From the NCBI GenBank assembly GCA_018817585.1, contig JAHITE010000048.1, positions 2,100 through 66,099 on the forward strand: a DNA stretch of 64,000 nt. Direction: 5' to 3'. A model generated the notes under the pieces. That model saw only the letters and a list, made by a program, of their open reading frames with translations, had not been told where the DNA came from and did not search any database. The position numbers were made by a program, and so were the translations under genes. Shown piece by piece: positions 37,578 to 47,404 of the stretch (its first letter is position 1; the number at the start of each line of letters is the position of its first letter). This DNA is from Candidatus Omnitrophota bacterium. GTDB taxonomy: Bacteria > Omnitrophota > Gorgyraeia > B26-G9.

Positions 37578-38861
37578 ATGCTTAATTCGTTTTGGAAGAT
37601 TACTGTTTTTAGTTTAAGCCTGTTTTTGTTTTGTGTATTGTTGCCAAAATTTCTCATGGCTGAAGAAGTCCTTACTTGGGATGACTGCGTTAAAGAAGCA
37701 TTGAAAAATCATCCGGAGTTGATCTATGCCCAGGAACAAGTTATTCAATCCCGGGCTGATAAAAACATCATCAGAGCAAATATTTTGCCGCAAATATCCG
37801 CTCAAGCCAGTGAAAAAAAATCCAAAGTAGAAGGAAGTGATCAGACTAAAAATTACGCTTACAGCGTTTCCGCGGAACAGTTGCTGTTTGACGGATTAAA
37901 AACAACATCGAATATTCATGCGGCAGAAAAATCGCTTGATGCCGCGGAGTATAATTATTTAGTAGCGTCTTCTGATATCAGACTTAGCTTAAATACCGCG
38001 TTTTCCTCGCTGCTAAGAGCCCAGGAACTTACCGCGCTTACTGAGGAAATCGCAAAGAGAAGAAGCGATAATTTAAAGCTGGTTAAAATTAGATATGAGG
38101 CAGGCCGGGAGCATCGGGGAGCGGTTTTAACCGCGGAAGCGGATTTGGCCCAAGCGGATTTTGAGGTCGCGCAGGCTAAAAGAAATATTTTGTTGGCCCA
38201 GCAGGACTTGATTATTCAATTAGGTAGAAAAAATAGAACTTTGATTAAAGTTGCCGGAGATTTGAATCTTAAGCAGATTGACTCTTCCTATCCCAACTGC
38301 GAAGCTTTGGCCGATAATACGCCGTTTCTCAAAGCCTTGATTGCCAGAAAAGAAGCGGCCAGATTTAATTATAGTTCGGCGAAAGGGGATTTATTCCCAA
38401 AGGTTTATTTAAGCGGTTCCATGGGCAGAAGCAATTCAGAATGGCCTCCGGAAGATGATGCCTGGTCAGCAGGCTTAACAGTTTCTTTGCCGCTGTTTGA
38501 AGGCGGCAGCAGGATTTATCAGATTGAAAAGGCTAAATCGCAATGGAAGCAAGCCCAGGCCAGTGAACGCAGCGGCCGGGACAGTGTGGTTTATACCTTG
38601 GAAAAAACCTGGAAAGATCTGCAGGATGCTCGAGATATGGTTTTAGTTAAAAAGAAATTTCTTGATGCCGCTTTAGAGAGGGCAAAGATTGCTAACGCGC
38701 AGTATTCCTCTGGGCTGACTACTTTTGATAACTGGATTATTATTGAGAATAATCTGGTTAGCGCCAAGAAAGCCTATCTTGATGCGCAGGAAAATTTATT
38801 ATTCGCGCAAGCATATTGGATTCAATCAAAAGGGGGAATATTAGAATATGCTAAAAAATAA
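37578..38861 (+). CDS. TolC-family outer membrane efflux protein
   Basis: Signal peptide; two OEP repeats. Confidence 0.8.
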   Translation: MLNSFWKITVFSLSLFLFCVLLPKFLMAEEVLTWDDCVKEALKNHPELIYAQEQVIQSRADKNIIRANILPQISAQASEKKSKVEGSDQTKNYAYSVSAEQLLFDGLKTTSNIHAAEKSLDAAEYNYLVASSDIRLSLNTAFSSLLRAQELTALTEEIAKRRSDNLKLVKIRYEAGREHRGAVLTAEADLAQADFEVAQAKRNILLAQQDLIIQLGRKNRTLIKVAGDLNLKQIDSSYPNCEALADNTPFLKALIARKEAARFNYSSAKGDLFPKVYLSGSMGRSNSEWPPEDDAWSAGLTVSLPLFEGGSRIYQIEKAKSQWKQAQASERSGRDSVVYTLEKTWKDLQDARDMVLVKKKFLDAALERAKIANAQYSSGLTTFDNWIIIENNLVSAKKAYLDAQENLLFAQAYWIQSKGGILEYAKK

Positions 38862-39822
38862 ATGGTTTTTAGGGCTAATCATCGGTCTTGTCTGTTTAAT
38901 GAGTCTTGGCTATTTTTCAAAAGCGAAAAAGGCAGCAGACAATAAAGGGTCTTTTCAGGAAGTAAATCCGGAGATTGGAAATATTTCTTTAATAATATCA
39001 ACGACCGGGGTTGTTGAGCCGCAAAACCGCTTGGAAATAAAGCCATCAATCAGCGGTAGGATCGAGGAAATTTTAGTTGAGGAAGGATCTGTGGTTAGAA
39101 AAGGTGATACTTTGGCCTGGATGAGCTCAACCGAGCGGGCAGCGCTTATTGACGCGGCAATATCCCAAGGGGATAAGACGCGTCAATATTGGGAAGAGGT
39201 TTACAAAAAAACGCCAATTATCTCCCCGATCGATGGAAAAGTAATTGTCAGGGGTTTTGAGCCGGGACAGACAATTACCACCAGTGAGCCCTTACTAGTA
39301 TTGTCAGACCGGTTGATCGTAAACGCGCAGTTTGATGAAACCGATATTGGCAGAGTGAAAATCGGACAGCAGGCAGTAATCGCTTTAGACGCGTATCCTA
39401 AAGATAAAATCAAAGGAGTTGTTGATCATATCGCCTATGAATCTCAATTAATTAATAATGTTACGATTTATGATGTAGATATTCTGCCGCGGGAGGTCCC
39501 GGAATTTTTTCGCTCAGGGATGAGCGCGAATGTTGATGTTACGGAAAATTCACGGACAAAAGTACTATTGATTCCCTTGGAAGCAGTACAGGAAGAGGCT
39601 GGAAAAAAAAATGTGCTGGTTAAGAAGAAAAAAAATAAGGGCAATGAAAAACGACAAGTCGAAGTTGGCTTAACAGATATTAGCAGTGCTGAGATAATCA
39701 GCGGATTAAGCGTGTCGGATATTGTGATGATTAAAGATCAAAAATATATACCGAAAAAGCAAGAAACAGGAACAAATCCATTTATGCCGTCTCGCAAGAA
39801 AAATAATGATAAAAATAAATAA
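38848..39822 (+). CDS. macA: efflux periplasmic adaptor subunit (MacA/HlyD family)
   Basis: N-terminal TM; biotinyl/lipoyl-like and beta-barrel motifs. Confidence 0.8.
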   Translation: MLKNKWFLGLIIGLVCLMSLGYFSKAKKAADNKGSFQEVNPEIGNISLIISTTGVVEPQNRLEIKPSISGRIEEILVEEGSVVRKGDTLAWMSSTERAALIDAAISQGDKTRQYWEEVYKKTPIISPIDGKVIVRGFEPGQTITTSEPLLVLSDRLIVNAQFDETDIGRVKIGQQAVIALDAYPKDKIKGVVDHIAYESQLINNVTIYDVDILPREVPEFFRSGMSANVDVTENSRTKVLLIPLEAVQEEAGKKNVLVKKKKNKGNEKRQVEVGLTDISSAEIISGLSVSDIVMIKDQKYIPKKQETGTNPFMPSRKKNNDKNK

Positions 39823-41764
39823 TATTTCCAAAACATATCATGCTGACGCAGTGCCGGTTTACGCGCTGCGCGGAGTAAGTCTTAGCATAAAAGCCGGAGA
39901 GTTTGTGGCAATTATGGGACCATCCGGATCAGGTAAATCCACGCTATTGCATTTGCTTGGATTTCTCGATCGTCCGGATAAGGGTGAGTATAAGATATTT
40001 AATACGGAAATTTCCCATTTAAATGACAGTGAATTAGCCGCCTTGCGCAATCGTTTAGCGGGTTTTGTGTTTCAGCAATTTCATCTTCTGCGCAGAATAA
40101 GCGCTATTGAAAATGTAGGATTGCCGCTGATTTATGCTGGAAAAACTGATATTCAGGAAAAAGCTTTTGAAAAGTTGAAAGCCGTGGGATTGGCGGAACG
40201 TAAAACCCACAGACCAAATGAACTTTCCGGAGGCGAGCAGCAAAGAGTGGCTATTGCCCGGGCATTGATTAATGATCCGATGATAATTTTCGCTGATGAG
40301 CCTACAGGCAATCTGGACACTAAGAGCGAAGAAGAAATAATGAAGATTTTAAAAAAACTTAATGATCAGGGCAAGACGATTATAATGGTAACGCATGAAC
40401 GGGAAGTTGCCGAACAAGCAAAAAGAATTATAACCATGCGTGATGGTAAAATCCAAACTGATGTGTTTACTGATAAAAATATTATGGGAAGAGAAATTGT
40501 GCAAGATGATTTCTCTATATCAGACATTGTCGCGCAAAAGCATTCTTCTTTTGGCCGGATGGAATTTCTCCAGCATTGTCATCAAGCATTCCAAGCTATT
40601 TTTTCAAATAAAGTCCGCTCCTTTCTTTCAATTCTGGGAATTCTTTTTGGCGTAGCCGCGGTGATCGCGATGATGGCTTTAGGTGAAGGGGCTAAATTAT
40701 CAATGGAGCAGAGGCTTAAATCTTTGGGCTCAAATCTCCTGACGATTAGCGGGGGCCACGCGCAAATGCATGGGGCGGCTTCCGGAACAGTTACCCGGTT
40801 TACCTTTGAAGATGTAACGGCAATCAGGGGTTTATCGGATTATATTAAGAAAGCCAGCGGCAGCTGCCGGGGAAGCGCGCAGATTGTTTATGAGAACGCG
40901 AATTGGAATACAAGTATTGAGGGTGTGGATTATGATTATGCTCAAATGCGAGCAACAGTTCCGGAAATCGGCAGATGGTTCACAAGGGAAGAAATTACCC
41001 GCAGGGACAAGGTCGCGATTATTGGAATTACAGTGGCTAATAAAATTTTTAACAATCGCAATCCCATAGGAAAGCAGATAAAAATAAATAGGATTAATTT
41101 TCAAGTGATTGGGATTGCTCCGGAAAAGGGTTCCGGCGGCTGGCGTGATCAGGATGATGTTGTTTATATTCCAGTTACCACAGCCATGTATCGGGTTTTG
41201 GGTAAAGATTACCTTGATCAAATCTATGTAGAGGTCGCGGATGTGGGCTTAATGGCCGCGGCGCAAGATCAGGTCAGAGCTGTTATTAAAAAGAAGCATA
41301 AATTATACAAAGATGATGATTCATTTGAGATCCGGGATATGAGTGAAATTCAGCAAATGCTCTCTAGTACAACGCAAACAATGAGCCTGCTTTTAGGCAG
41401 TATAGCGGCGATCTCTTTATTGGTCGGTGGTATTGGAATCATGAATATTATGCTTGTTTCTGTTACTGAAAGAACCCGGGAAATCGGCTTGCGTAAAGCA
41501 ATCGGTGCCCGCGGCAGCGATATAATGTTCCAATTTTTAATAGAAGCCGTGGTTATGACTTTTAGCGGCGGCTTGATCGGTATTTTACTCGGAGCCGGAG
41601 CGGCTTTTATTATGGCCGCGGTTGTTGGCTGGGCAACCAAGGTTTCTTTGTTTAGTGTTGTTTTATCCACGACTTTTTCGATTATTGTGGGCATTGGATT
41701 TGGTTTGTGGCCAGCAAAAAAAGCCGCGGAGCTTAATCCAATCGAAGCTTTAAGGTATGAATAA
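39806..41764 (+). CDS. macB: MacB-type ABC transporter (ATPase-permease fusion)
   Basis: Walker [10 protein letters not shown]; [15 protein letters not shown]; FtsX-like permease C-terminus. Confidence 0.9.
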   Translation: MIKINNISKTYHADAVPVYALRGVSLSIKAGEFVAIMGPSGSGKSTLLHLLGFLDRPDKGEYKIFNTEISHLNDSELAALRNRLAGFVFQQFHLLRRISAIENVGLPLIYAGKTDIQEKAFEKLKAVGLAERKTHRPNELSGGEQQRVAIARALINDPMIIFADEPTGNLDTKSEEEIMKILKKLNDQGKTIIMVTHEREVAEQAKRIITMRDGKIQTDVFTDKNIMGREIVQDDFSISDIVAQKHSSFGRMEFLQHCHQAFQAIFSNKVRSFLSILGILFGVAAVIAMMALGEGAKLSMEQRLKSLGSNLLTISGGHAQMHGAASGTVTRFTFEDVTAIRGLSDYIKKASGSCRGSAQIVYENANWNTSIEGVDYDYAQMRATVPEIGRWFTREEITRRDKVAIIGITVANKIFNNRNPIGKQIKINRINFQVIGIAPEKGSGGWRDQDDVVYIPVTTAMYRVLGKDYLDQIYVEVADVGLMAAAQDQVRAVIKKKHKLYKDDDSFEIRDMSEIQQMLSSTTQTMSLLLGSIAAISLLVGGIGIMNIMLVSVTERTREIGLRKAIGARGSDIMFQFLIEAVVMTFSGGLIGILLGAGAAFIMAAVVGWATKVSLFSVVLSTTFSIIVGIGFGLWPAKKAAELNPIEALRYE

Positions 41765-41836
41765 GCAATCGTTATCCCTTTCTCGAATATAATCTTAAAA
41801 ATAAACAGGAAAAACGGTTAGGTTTTAAATTTTTCG

Positions 41837-41893
41837 AAAATCGAAAAAAATATTTCGATTTTATGTTGACAAATCTCCGAAATATGATATATT
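41837..41893 (+). promoter_or_regulatory. inverted repeat AAAATCGAAA-N6-TTTCGATTTT abutting predicted sigma70 promoter of hspR
   Basis: Inverted repeat at 41837..41862; TTGACA at 41866 and TATATT 16 nt downstream. Confidence 0.5.
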
Positions 41894-42207
41894 ATGTAAT
41901 GGGAGCAGAGATGATAAATAAAAATAGCAAAAACCCAGAGCAGTTTATTGAGTTCATAATCGATGTCGATGAACCGATTTATACAACCGGCGTGATTCAA
42001 AGATTATTGGATATTCCGATTTGGGTGATCAAGCAGCTGGATAACGAGGGGGTTGTCAGTCCTCCGCGAAAATTAGTTGGATCATCCCGGTTGTACTCTA
42101 AGCGGGAATTGAAAAAATTAGCGCATTGCTGGGTGTATATGAATGAAAAAGGAGTTAATATTAAAGGACTTAAAGTTATTTTGGAAATAGAAGCAAAAAA
42201 CGACTAG
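41863..42207 (+). CDS. hspR: MerR-family heat-shock regulator (HspR-like)
   Basis: YTTGVIQRLLDIP.WVIKQLD; lies upstream of three Hsp20 genes. Confidence 0.7.
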   Translation: MLTNLRNMIYYVMGAEMINKNSKNPEQFIEFIIDVDEPIYTTGVIQRLLDIPIWVIKQLDNEGVVSPPRKLVGSSRLYSKRELKKLAHCWVYMNEKGVNIKGLKVILEIEAKND

Positions 42208-42232
42208 GAAAAAATTTTTTTAACAGACAATT

Positions 42233-42255
42233 GGCACTCTCGTCTATAGAGTGCC
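42233..42255. promoter_or_regulatory. 8-N7-8 inverted repeat GGCACTCT-cgtctat-AGAGTGCC (HAIR-like architecture)
   Basis: Perfect inverted repeat upstream of the hsp20 genes. Same 7/8-N7-7/8 geometry as HspR HAIR sites (CTTGAGT-N7-ACTCAAG). Confidence 0.45.
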
Positions 42256-42410
42256 AGGAATTGGCAAGGGGAAAGGAGGTGCTGGTATGGTGATTTACCA
42301 AGTAGCAGGAACAATCAGTAAGGGGATGGGAAATGAGTTTTTAAATTGTGTTGGCATCTTGATGGGAAAATTAAATAAATAAAATTAAACAAAAAAATTG
42401 GAGGTGTATT

Positions 42411-42881
42411 ATGTCATTAGTTCCATATCGTAAAAATAATTGGTTATCTGATCCGCTCGGAGAATTAGAAAATTTGCACAGGGAAATGAATAGATTGTTT
42501 GATTTTTCTTTTGCGAATAATCCTTTTGGAGAAACAACTCTGCTGGGAAGTCAATGGTCTCCGACAATTGATATCCATGAGTCAAAGGATAGTTTTCTGG
42601 TAAAAGCGGATTTGCCGGGCTTAGCTAAGGATGAAATTGAAATCTCTGTTCAGGATAACAATCTGATCATTAAGGGAGAAAAGAAAAAAGAGCATGAGGT
42701 AAAAGAAGAAAATTACTATAAAACTGAAAGATTTTACGGCAGTTTTTATCGGACTATTCAGCTGCCGGCTTTGGTTGATGATGCAAAGGTTGAAGCGCAA
42801 TATAAAGATGGGGTTTTGAGTTTAACTCTGCCTAAAAGAGAAGACGCAAAACCCAAACAAATCAAAGTGCAGATAAAATAA
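42411..42881 (+). CDS. Hsp20/alpha-crystallin small heat shock protein
   Basis: Alpha-crystallin domain; AxxxxGVLTV-like GVLSLTLPK. Confidence 0.85.
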   Translation: MSLVPYRKNNWLSDPLGELENLHREMNRLFDFSFANNPFGETTLLGSQWSPTIDIHESKDSFLVKADLPGLAKDEIEISVQDNNLIIKGEKKKEHEVKEENYYKTERFYGSFYRTIQLPALVDDAKVEAQYKDGVLSLTLPKREDAKPKQIKVQIK

Positions 42882-42909
42882 GGGCTAAATTTTAAAAAGG
42901 AGGCTATTA

Positions 42910-43281
42910 ATGTTAGAAAAACATAAATTATTCGCGAAAAATGAGAGAATGCCAACTATTTTACCTGTTGCCAGTATTTATGATCAGAATCAAAAGATAG
43001 TTCTGGCCATAGAAATGGCAGGGGTGGATAAAAGTACAATTGATGTCTGTGTGGAAGGCAATATCTTAGCAATAAAAGCAATAAAAAGAAAAGAGAATAT
43101 TTCCGGAGAATATCAAGCGCTTTATCAGGAAAGACAAAACGTAGAATATCGCAGAAGTTTTGAGCTTAACGCGGAAGTAGATAGAGAGGGGATTGAGGCT
43201 GAGTATAAAAACGGAATTTTGAAACTATCATTAACTCTGGCAAAAAGAGCTCAGCCGAAAAAAATTGAAATTAAAACCTGA
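42910..43281 (+). CDS. Hsp20/alpha-crystallin small heat shock protein
   Basis: GILKLSLTLAK; alpha-crystallin domain. Confidence 0.8.
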   Translation: MLEKHKLFAKNERMPTILPVASIYDQNQKIVLAIEMAGVDKSTIDVCVEGNILAIKAIKRKENISGEYQALYQERQNVEYRRSFELNAEVDREGIEAEYKNGILKLSLTLAKRAQPKKIEIKT

Positions 43282-43307
43282 GATTTTAAAGTAAAGGGGG
43301 GATTATT

Positions 43308-43946
43308 GTGAAACGAAAATTCGCGCCGATTGCAGTGGGGATGGTAATTTTGTTTTCAGGAATATTCTTTTTTAATGCTTTGAATCAGAGTTTTGCCGGC
43401 GAAGATAATGCGGGGGAGTTGAAACAGCAAATCGAAGCATTACAAAAAAGAATTGATGTTTTGGAGTCAGAAAAACAAAATCCGACAATGCGCTATCCGC
43501 ATAGCTCAGGCTGGGGGCAAAAAAGCAATCAGAGGGCTTGGGATCCTTTGGAAGAAATGCTCCAGATGCAGCAGGAAATGAACCGAATGTTTAAAAACTC
43601 TTTTAACTGGGGTGGTTTATCCAGTAAGGGAATGTTCAGCAGCGATGTGTTTTATGATGATGCTTTTGGTCTAAAGGATGAGAAAGATAAATATGTAATT
43701 GAATTTGATATGTCTGGGTTTAACCAGTCAAAGATTAATATTCAAATCAATGAACGAACGCTTACTGTAAAAGGTGAGCGCTCCGAAGGACAGAGCAAAG
43801 ATCAGAAAAATAAATATTTCAGCTCACAAAGTTATGCGAGTTTTATGCGTTCTCTAGTATTACCGGAAGATGCTGATACTACAAAAATGAAATCGGAGAA
43901 CAAGGGAGATAAATTGATCATTACTTTGCCCAAGAAAAAGATCTGA
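43308..43946 (+). CDS. secreted coiled-coil protein with C-terminal Hsp20-like domain
   Basis: Signal peptide; KDKYVIEFDMSGF...LTVKGER...DKLIITLPKK. Confidence 0.5.
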   Translation: MKRKFAPIAVGMVILFSGIFFFNALNQSFAGEDNAGELKQQIEALQKRIDVLESEKQNPTMRYPHSSGWGQKSNQRAWDPLEEMLQMQQEMNRMFKNSFNWGGLSSKGMFSSDVFYDDAFGLKDEKDKYVIEFDMSGFNQSKINIQINERTLTVKGERSEGQSKDQKNKYFSSQSYASFMRSLVLPEDADTTKMKSENKGDKLIITLPKKKI

Positions 43947-43980
43947 GATTTTTTATGAATTTTATTTAAAATCAATGAGT

Positions 43981-44026
43981 AAAAGCAAACCCCTCATTTT
44001 TAAAAAGAGGGGTTTGCTTTTATTTT
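43981..44026. terminator. bidirectional rho-independent terminator
   Basis: gcaaacccctc / gaggggtttgc stem flanked by A- and T-runs between convergent genes. Confidence 0.65.
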
Positions 44027-44047
44027 ATTATCGCTTTATCCAAATTA

Positions 44048-44734
44048 TTATTGTTTGGACATTTTATCCAATATTTTAGGAATCCAGGGAATACTGCCTA
44101 TGCCAAAAGCAATGGTGAAGGTAATGCATAAAGTAATGCCCAGGGCAGACATGATTATAAATAGAAAATCGCGCGGCATCCCTAATCGACTTAAACAGGC
44201 GATAAAAGTAAATATAATAATTGCCCAGCGGATAATGCCGGCTTGTGTCCCGGCTTGAGCAATGCCTAATTTCTTAGCAGTGACTTCAACAAATTTAGAA
44301 ATTACAGTGCTCAAGAATAAACCAATAAAAAGAATTATTAAAGACATAAATAATGTTGATAAGAACCCGCCAATATCCTGGAGCAGTGCAGAAGGCAGTC
44401 TTAACCGCAAAGCATCAAGGGCAATGATCCAGGTTAAAAATAAGCCAAAATAGTAAAAAAGTTTGCTGATCCATATTGAAGGGGTCATCCCGATTTTCTT
44501 TTCGCTGATAACTTCCGTGATTCCGGTTGATTCCGCGATTTTATCAAAATTCATGGCAATTAAGAATTTTTTGATCACAATCATCGCGATCCTGGCAATA
44601 ACCCAGCCAATTAAAATAATTCCAGCGGTTTTTATCAGTGTTGGGATAAATCTAAGAATGTCCGCGAACAGATATTTTAGCGGTTCAATAACCTGCAGAT
44701 TAAAATCAATAGTTTTAACAGTGTAATTTGCCAT
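44048..44734 (-). CDS. integral membrane protein (TM-helix repeat / MscS-N-like)
   Basis: About 6 TM helices. Confidence 0.4.
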   Translation of the reverse strand: MANYTVKTIDFNLQVIEPLKYLFADILRFIPTLIKTAGIILIGWVIARIAMIVIKKFLIAMNFDKIAESTGITEVISEKKIGMTPSIWISKLFYYFGLFLTWIIALDALRLRLPSALLQDIGGFLSTLFMSLIILFIGLFLSTVISKFVEVTAKKLGIAQAGTQAGIIRWAIIIFTFIACLSRLGMPRDFLFIIMSALGITLCITFTIAFGIGSIPWIPKILDKMSKQ

Positions 44735-45008
44735 AACGACCTCCTTTGTTAATTTAATTAAGAATAGTTTTATTAAAAGTATTATAGCATAAAATTAGCT
44801 AAACCAATAATTATAACAACAAGTAGCAATGTGGATAACTTTCGTAGTGTTTTTTCTATTTAGCTCCCAAGATGATTAATTTATTGACAATATCAGCTAA
44901 AACCCTGAAAATATAAGTATAGCTTGAACATGGTAAATATCAAAGATAGGACGTCTTTCCTTATTGTTCAGAACAAACTCCTGGAATTAATATTATTGGA
45001 AGAGAATT

Positions 45009-45686
45009 ATGCGCATATTATTAGTAGAAGATGAGAAGAAAATTGCCAGTTTTATTGAGCGAGGGCTTAAAGCGCATCGCTATGCCGTAGATATTGCTGC
45101 TGATGGAGAAAAAGGCCTGGAATTGGCGGAAATAAATCCTTATGATTTGATTATTCTGGATATTATGCTGCCAGGCAAAGACGGGATTACGGTCTGTAAA
45201 GAACTCAGAGCTCAGGGCATTGATAGTCCGGTAATGATGTTGACTGCTAAAAGTTCAGTGGCGGATAAGGTGCATGCTTTGCATTGCGGAGCGGATGATT
45301 ATTTAGTTAAACCTTTTTCTTTTGAAGAATTTACGGCTCGAGTTGCCGCGCTGATGCGGCGCACGCGTAAGGAGAAAACATCGATTTTAAAAGTCGGCAG
45401 CATTGTGCTTGATCAGATTACGCATAAGGTGAAAACGGCGGACAAAGAAATAGTGCTTACTCCTAAGGAATATAGTCTTTTAGAATATTTTATGCTCAAT
45501 GTTGATCAGGTAATTACCCGGACAATGATTTCTGAGCATGTTTGGAATGAGAATTTTGACAGTTTTTCTAATATTATTGACGTGTTTATAAATAACTTAA
45601 GAAGCAAGCTTGATTCTAACCGCAAAAAAAGCTGTATTCAAACTGTTCGCGGTGTAGGCTATGTTTTGAACAGTAAATCTTCATGA
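45009..45686 (+). CDS. OmpR-family response regulator
   Basis: Receiver (LLVEDE, LIILDIMLPGKDG) plus winged-helix C-terminus. Confidence 0.85.
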   Translation: MRILLVEDEKKIASFIERGLKAHRYAVDIAADGEKGLELAEINPYDLIILDIMLPGKDGITVCKELRAQGIDSPVMMLTAKSSVADKVHALHCGADDYLVKPFSFEEFTARVAALMRRTRKEKTSILKVGSIVLDQITHKVKTADKEIVLTPKEYSLLEYFMLNVDQVITRTMISEHVWNENFDSFSNIIDVFINNLRSKLDSNRKKSCIQTVRGVGYVLNSKSS

Positions 45687-47173
45687 AAATCAATTCGATT
45701 AAATTCAAACTCTGTGTTTTATATGTCGGAACCTTAGGACTGCTTCTGGTAGGCTACCGCGCTGCGCTTTACTATAACCTTTATCAAACACTGTATCGTG
45801 ATTCGGATACTCAATTGATTGCCAAGGCCACTGAAGTGCGAAAAAATCTGCGCGTTTTTACAACTCCGCTCAGAGAGTCAAAAAGAGCAGTTATTTTTGG
45901 AGCAAAACGAATGTTAGGGGTTGATGTTACTTATCCGGATAAAGAACAACTGACGCGGATTGAAGAGATCTGGCGTAAAACCAGAGAAGATCTGGCGCTG
46001 AATAAAGATTATATTAATTTTTTAAACGAAGAAGGTAAGACAGTGGTTAGTTCGCCGAACATTGATAGAGGTTTGAGTAGCTTTCTCGAAGCTTACGCAA
46101 AGACAGATAATGCCCAGCCGGCTTTTCACAATATAGTATATAAGGAAAGCCTAAATTTAAGAATAATTGTTATGCCGGTTGACTTCGCTGATCTTGGCAA
46201 ATATACGCTGCAAATTGGAATATCTACTGATCCAATTATCTATGTTTTACGGGAACGGATAAATAAAAGCGCGATCAGTATTCCCTGGATAATGCTGGCA
46301 GCGGTTATTTTCAGCTATTTATTGGTTTGGCGGATTCTTCGTCCGGTGAAACAGATTGCTAAAATTGCTAATGATATTTCGCATAAAAATCTTAGTGCCA
46401 GGGTTAATCTGAAGGATATTGATCAGGAAATAAAACCGCTGGCTGAATCATTTAATGATATGATTGAAAGACTGGAAGAGTCCTTTACCTATGTTGAAGA
46501 CTTTAGTTCCTATGTTGCGCATGAGCTGAGAACTCCGCTAACAATTATAAAAGGAGAGACAGAAGTAGCATTGCAAACTGAGCATAGTCCCGCGGAATGT
46601 AAATCTGTGATGCAATCCAATCTGCAGGAAGTAGAAAGAATGCTCAAGACAATAGATCATTTGCTGATGCTGGCGGATATGAATTATCGTAAGCAGTTAA
46701 TTAATTTTGAGCGTGTTGAATTAAGCGAGTTTTTAAAAGATATTTATGAAAAAAGCACAATCTTGGCAGCAGCAAAACAGATCTCTGTCAATCTGGAGGC
46801 CATGAAAAGCAAAATAGAGCTAATGGCTAATCGTAATGAACTGCGCAGATTATTTTTTAATCTGATTGATAACGCGATTAAATTTACCGCGACAAACGGC
46901 AGGATTGATATCAGCGTTAAACAGCAGAAAAATAAAGTAGAGATCAATATTGCCGACACAGGGATTGGTATTCATGAATCTGATATTTCGAAAATATTTA
47001 ATAAGTTTTTCCGGGCTTCAAGCGATGAACAGCATCCTGGCAGTGGGTTAGGCTTGGGAATTGTTCAGTCTATTATCCGGATCCATCAAGGGCGTATTTT
47101 AGTCAGCAGTGAACCTAATAAGGGTTCTGTCTTTACCGTAATCCTGCCAGTTTATCAACCTGCCAAACATTAA
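45683..47173 (+). CDS. sensor histidine kinase
   Basis: Two TM helices, HAMP, H-box AHELRTPLT, G-boxes DTGIGI / GSGLGL. Confidence 0.85.
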   Translation: MKINSIKFKLCVLYVGTLGLLLVGYRAALYYNLYQTLYRDSDTQLIAKATEVRKNLRVFTTPLRESKRAVIFGAKRMLGVDVTYPDKEQLTRIEEIWRKTREDLALNKDYINFLNEEGKTVVSSPNIDRGLSSFLEAYAKTDNAQPAFHNIVYKESLNLRIIVMPVDFADLGKYTLQIGISTDPIIYVLRERINKSAISIPWIMLAAVIFSYLLVWRILRPVKQIAKIANDISHKNLSARVNLKDIDQEIKPLAESFNDMIERLEESFTYVEDFSSYVAHELRTPLTIIKGETEVALQTEHSPAECKSVMQSNLQEVERMLKTIDHLLMLADMNYRKQLINFERVELSEFLKDIYEKSTILAAAKQISVNLEAMKSKIELMANRNELRRLFFNLIDNAIKFTATNGRIDISVKQQKNKVEINIADTGIGIHESDISKIFNKFFRASSDEQHPGSGLGLGIVQSIIRIHQGRILVSSEPNKGSVFTVILPVYQPAKH

Positions 47174-47404
47174 GAAAAATTAATCTTATCTTCATCTTCT
47201 CTTAATCATCATTCGGATATACTCCGGTGTGGATATGAATAAAAAGAGAGTTTTTTTATCAGCAATTGAACGGTTCGCTCGGGATTTTACTATTGGCCAT
47301 CAGGTATTTGTGACAATTAAAGCACGAGACCTTGCGCCATAGTTTAAGGCTGGGAAGTAAAAAATAAGAATTATTGCGCGGGAATTTTTTTCATAGGGGT
47401 AGGA

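Noticed and set aside
42231-42262. Sigma-54 promoter (TGGCAC-N5-TTGC) at ttggcactctcgtctatag upstream of hsp20
   Set aside because: The -12 TTGC element is missing at the correct spacing. The sequence is better explained as a perfect 8-N7-8 inverted repeat.
47337-47372. Shared motif GCACGAG(G)ACC...CTTGC...TTTAAG between 47337 and 61603, upstream of two + strand genes
   Set aside because: Only two copies exist, with an indel between the blocks. The predicted structure at 61.6 kb is not reproduced at 47.3 kb. Possible coincidence or a weak transcription-factor site. Not supportable as a feature.
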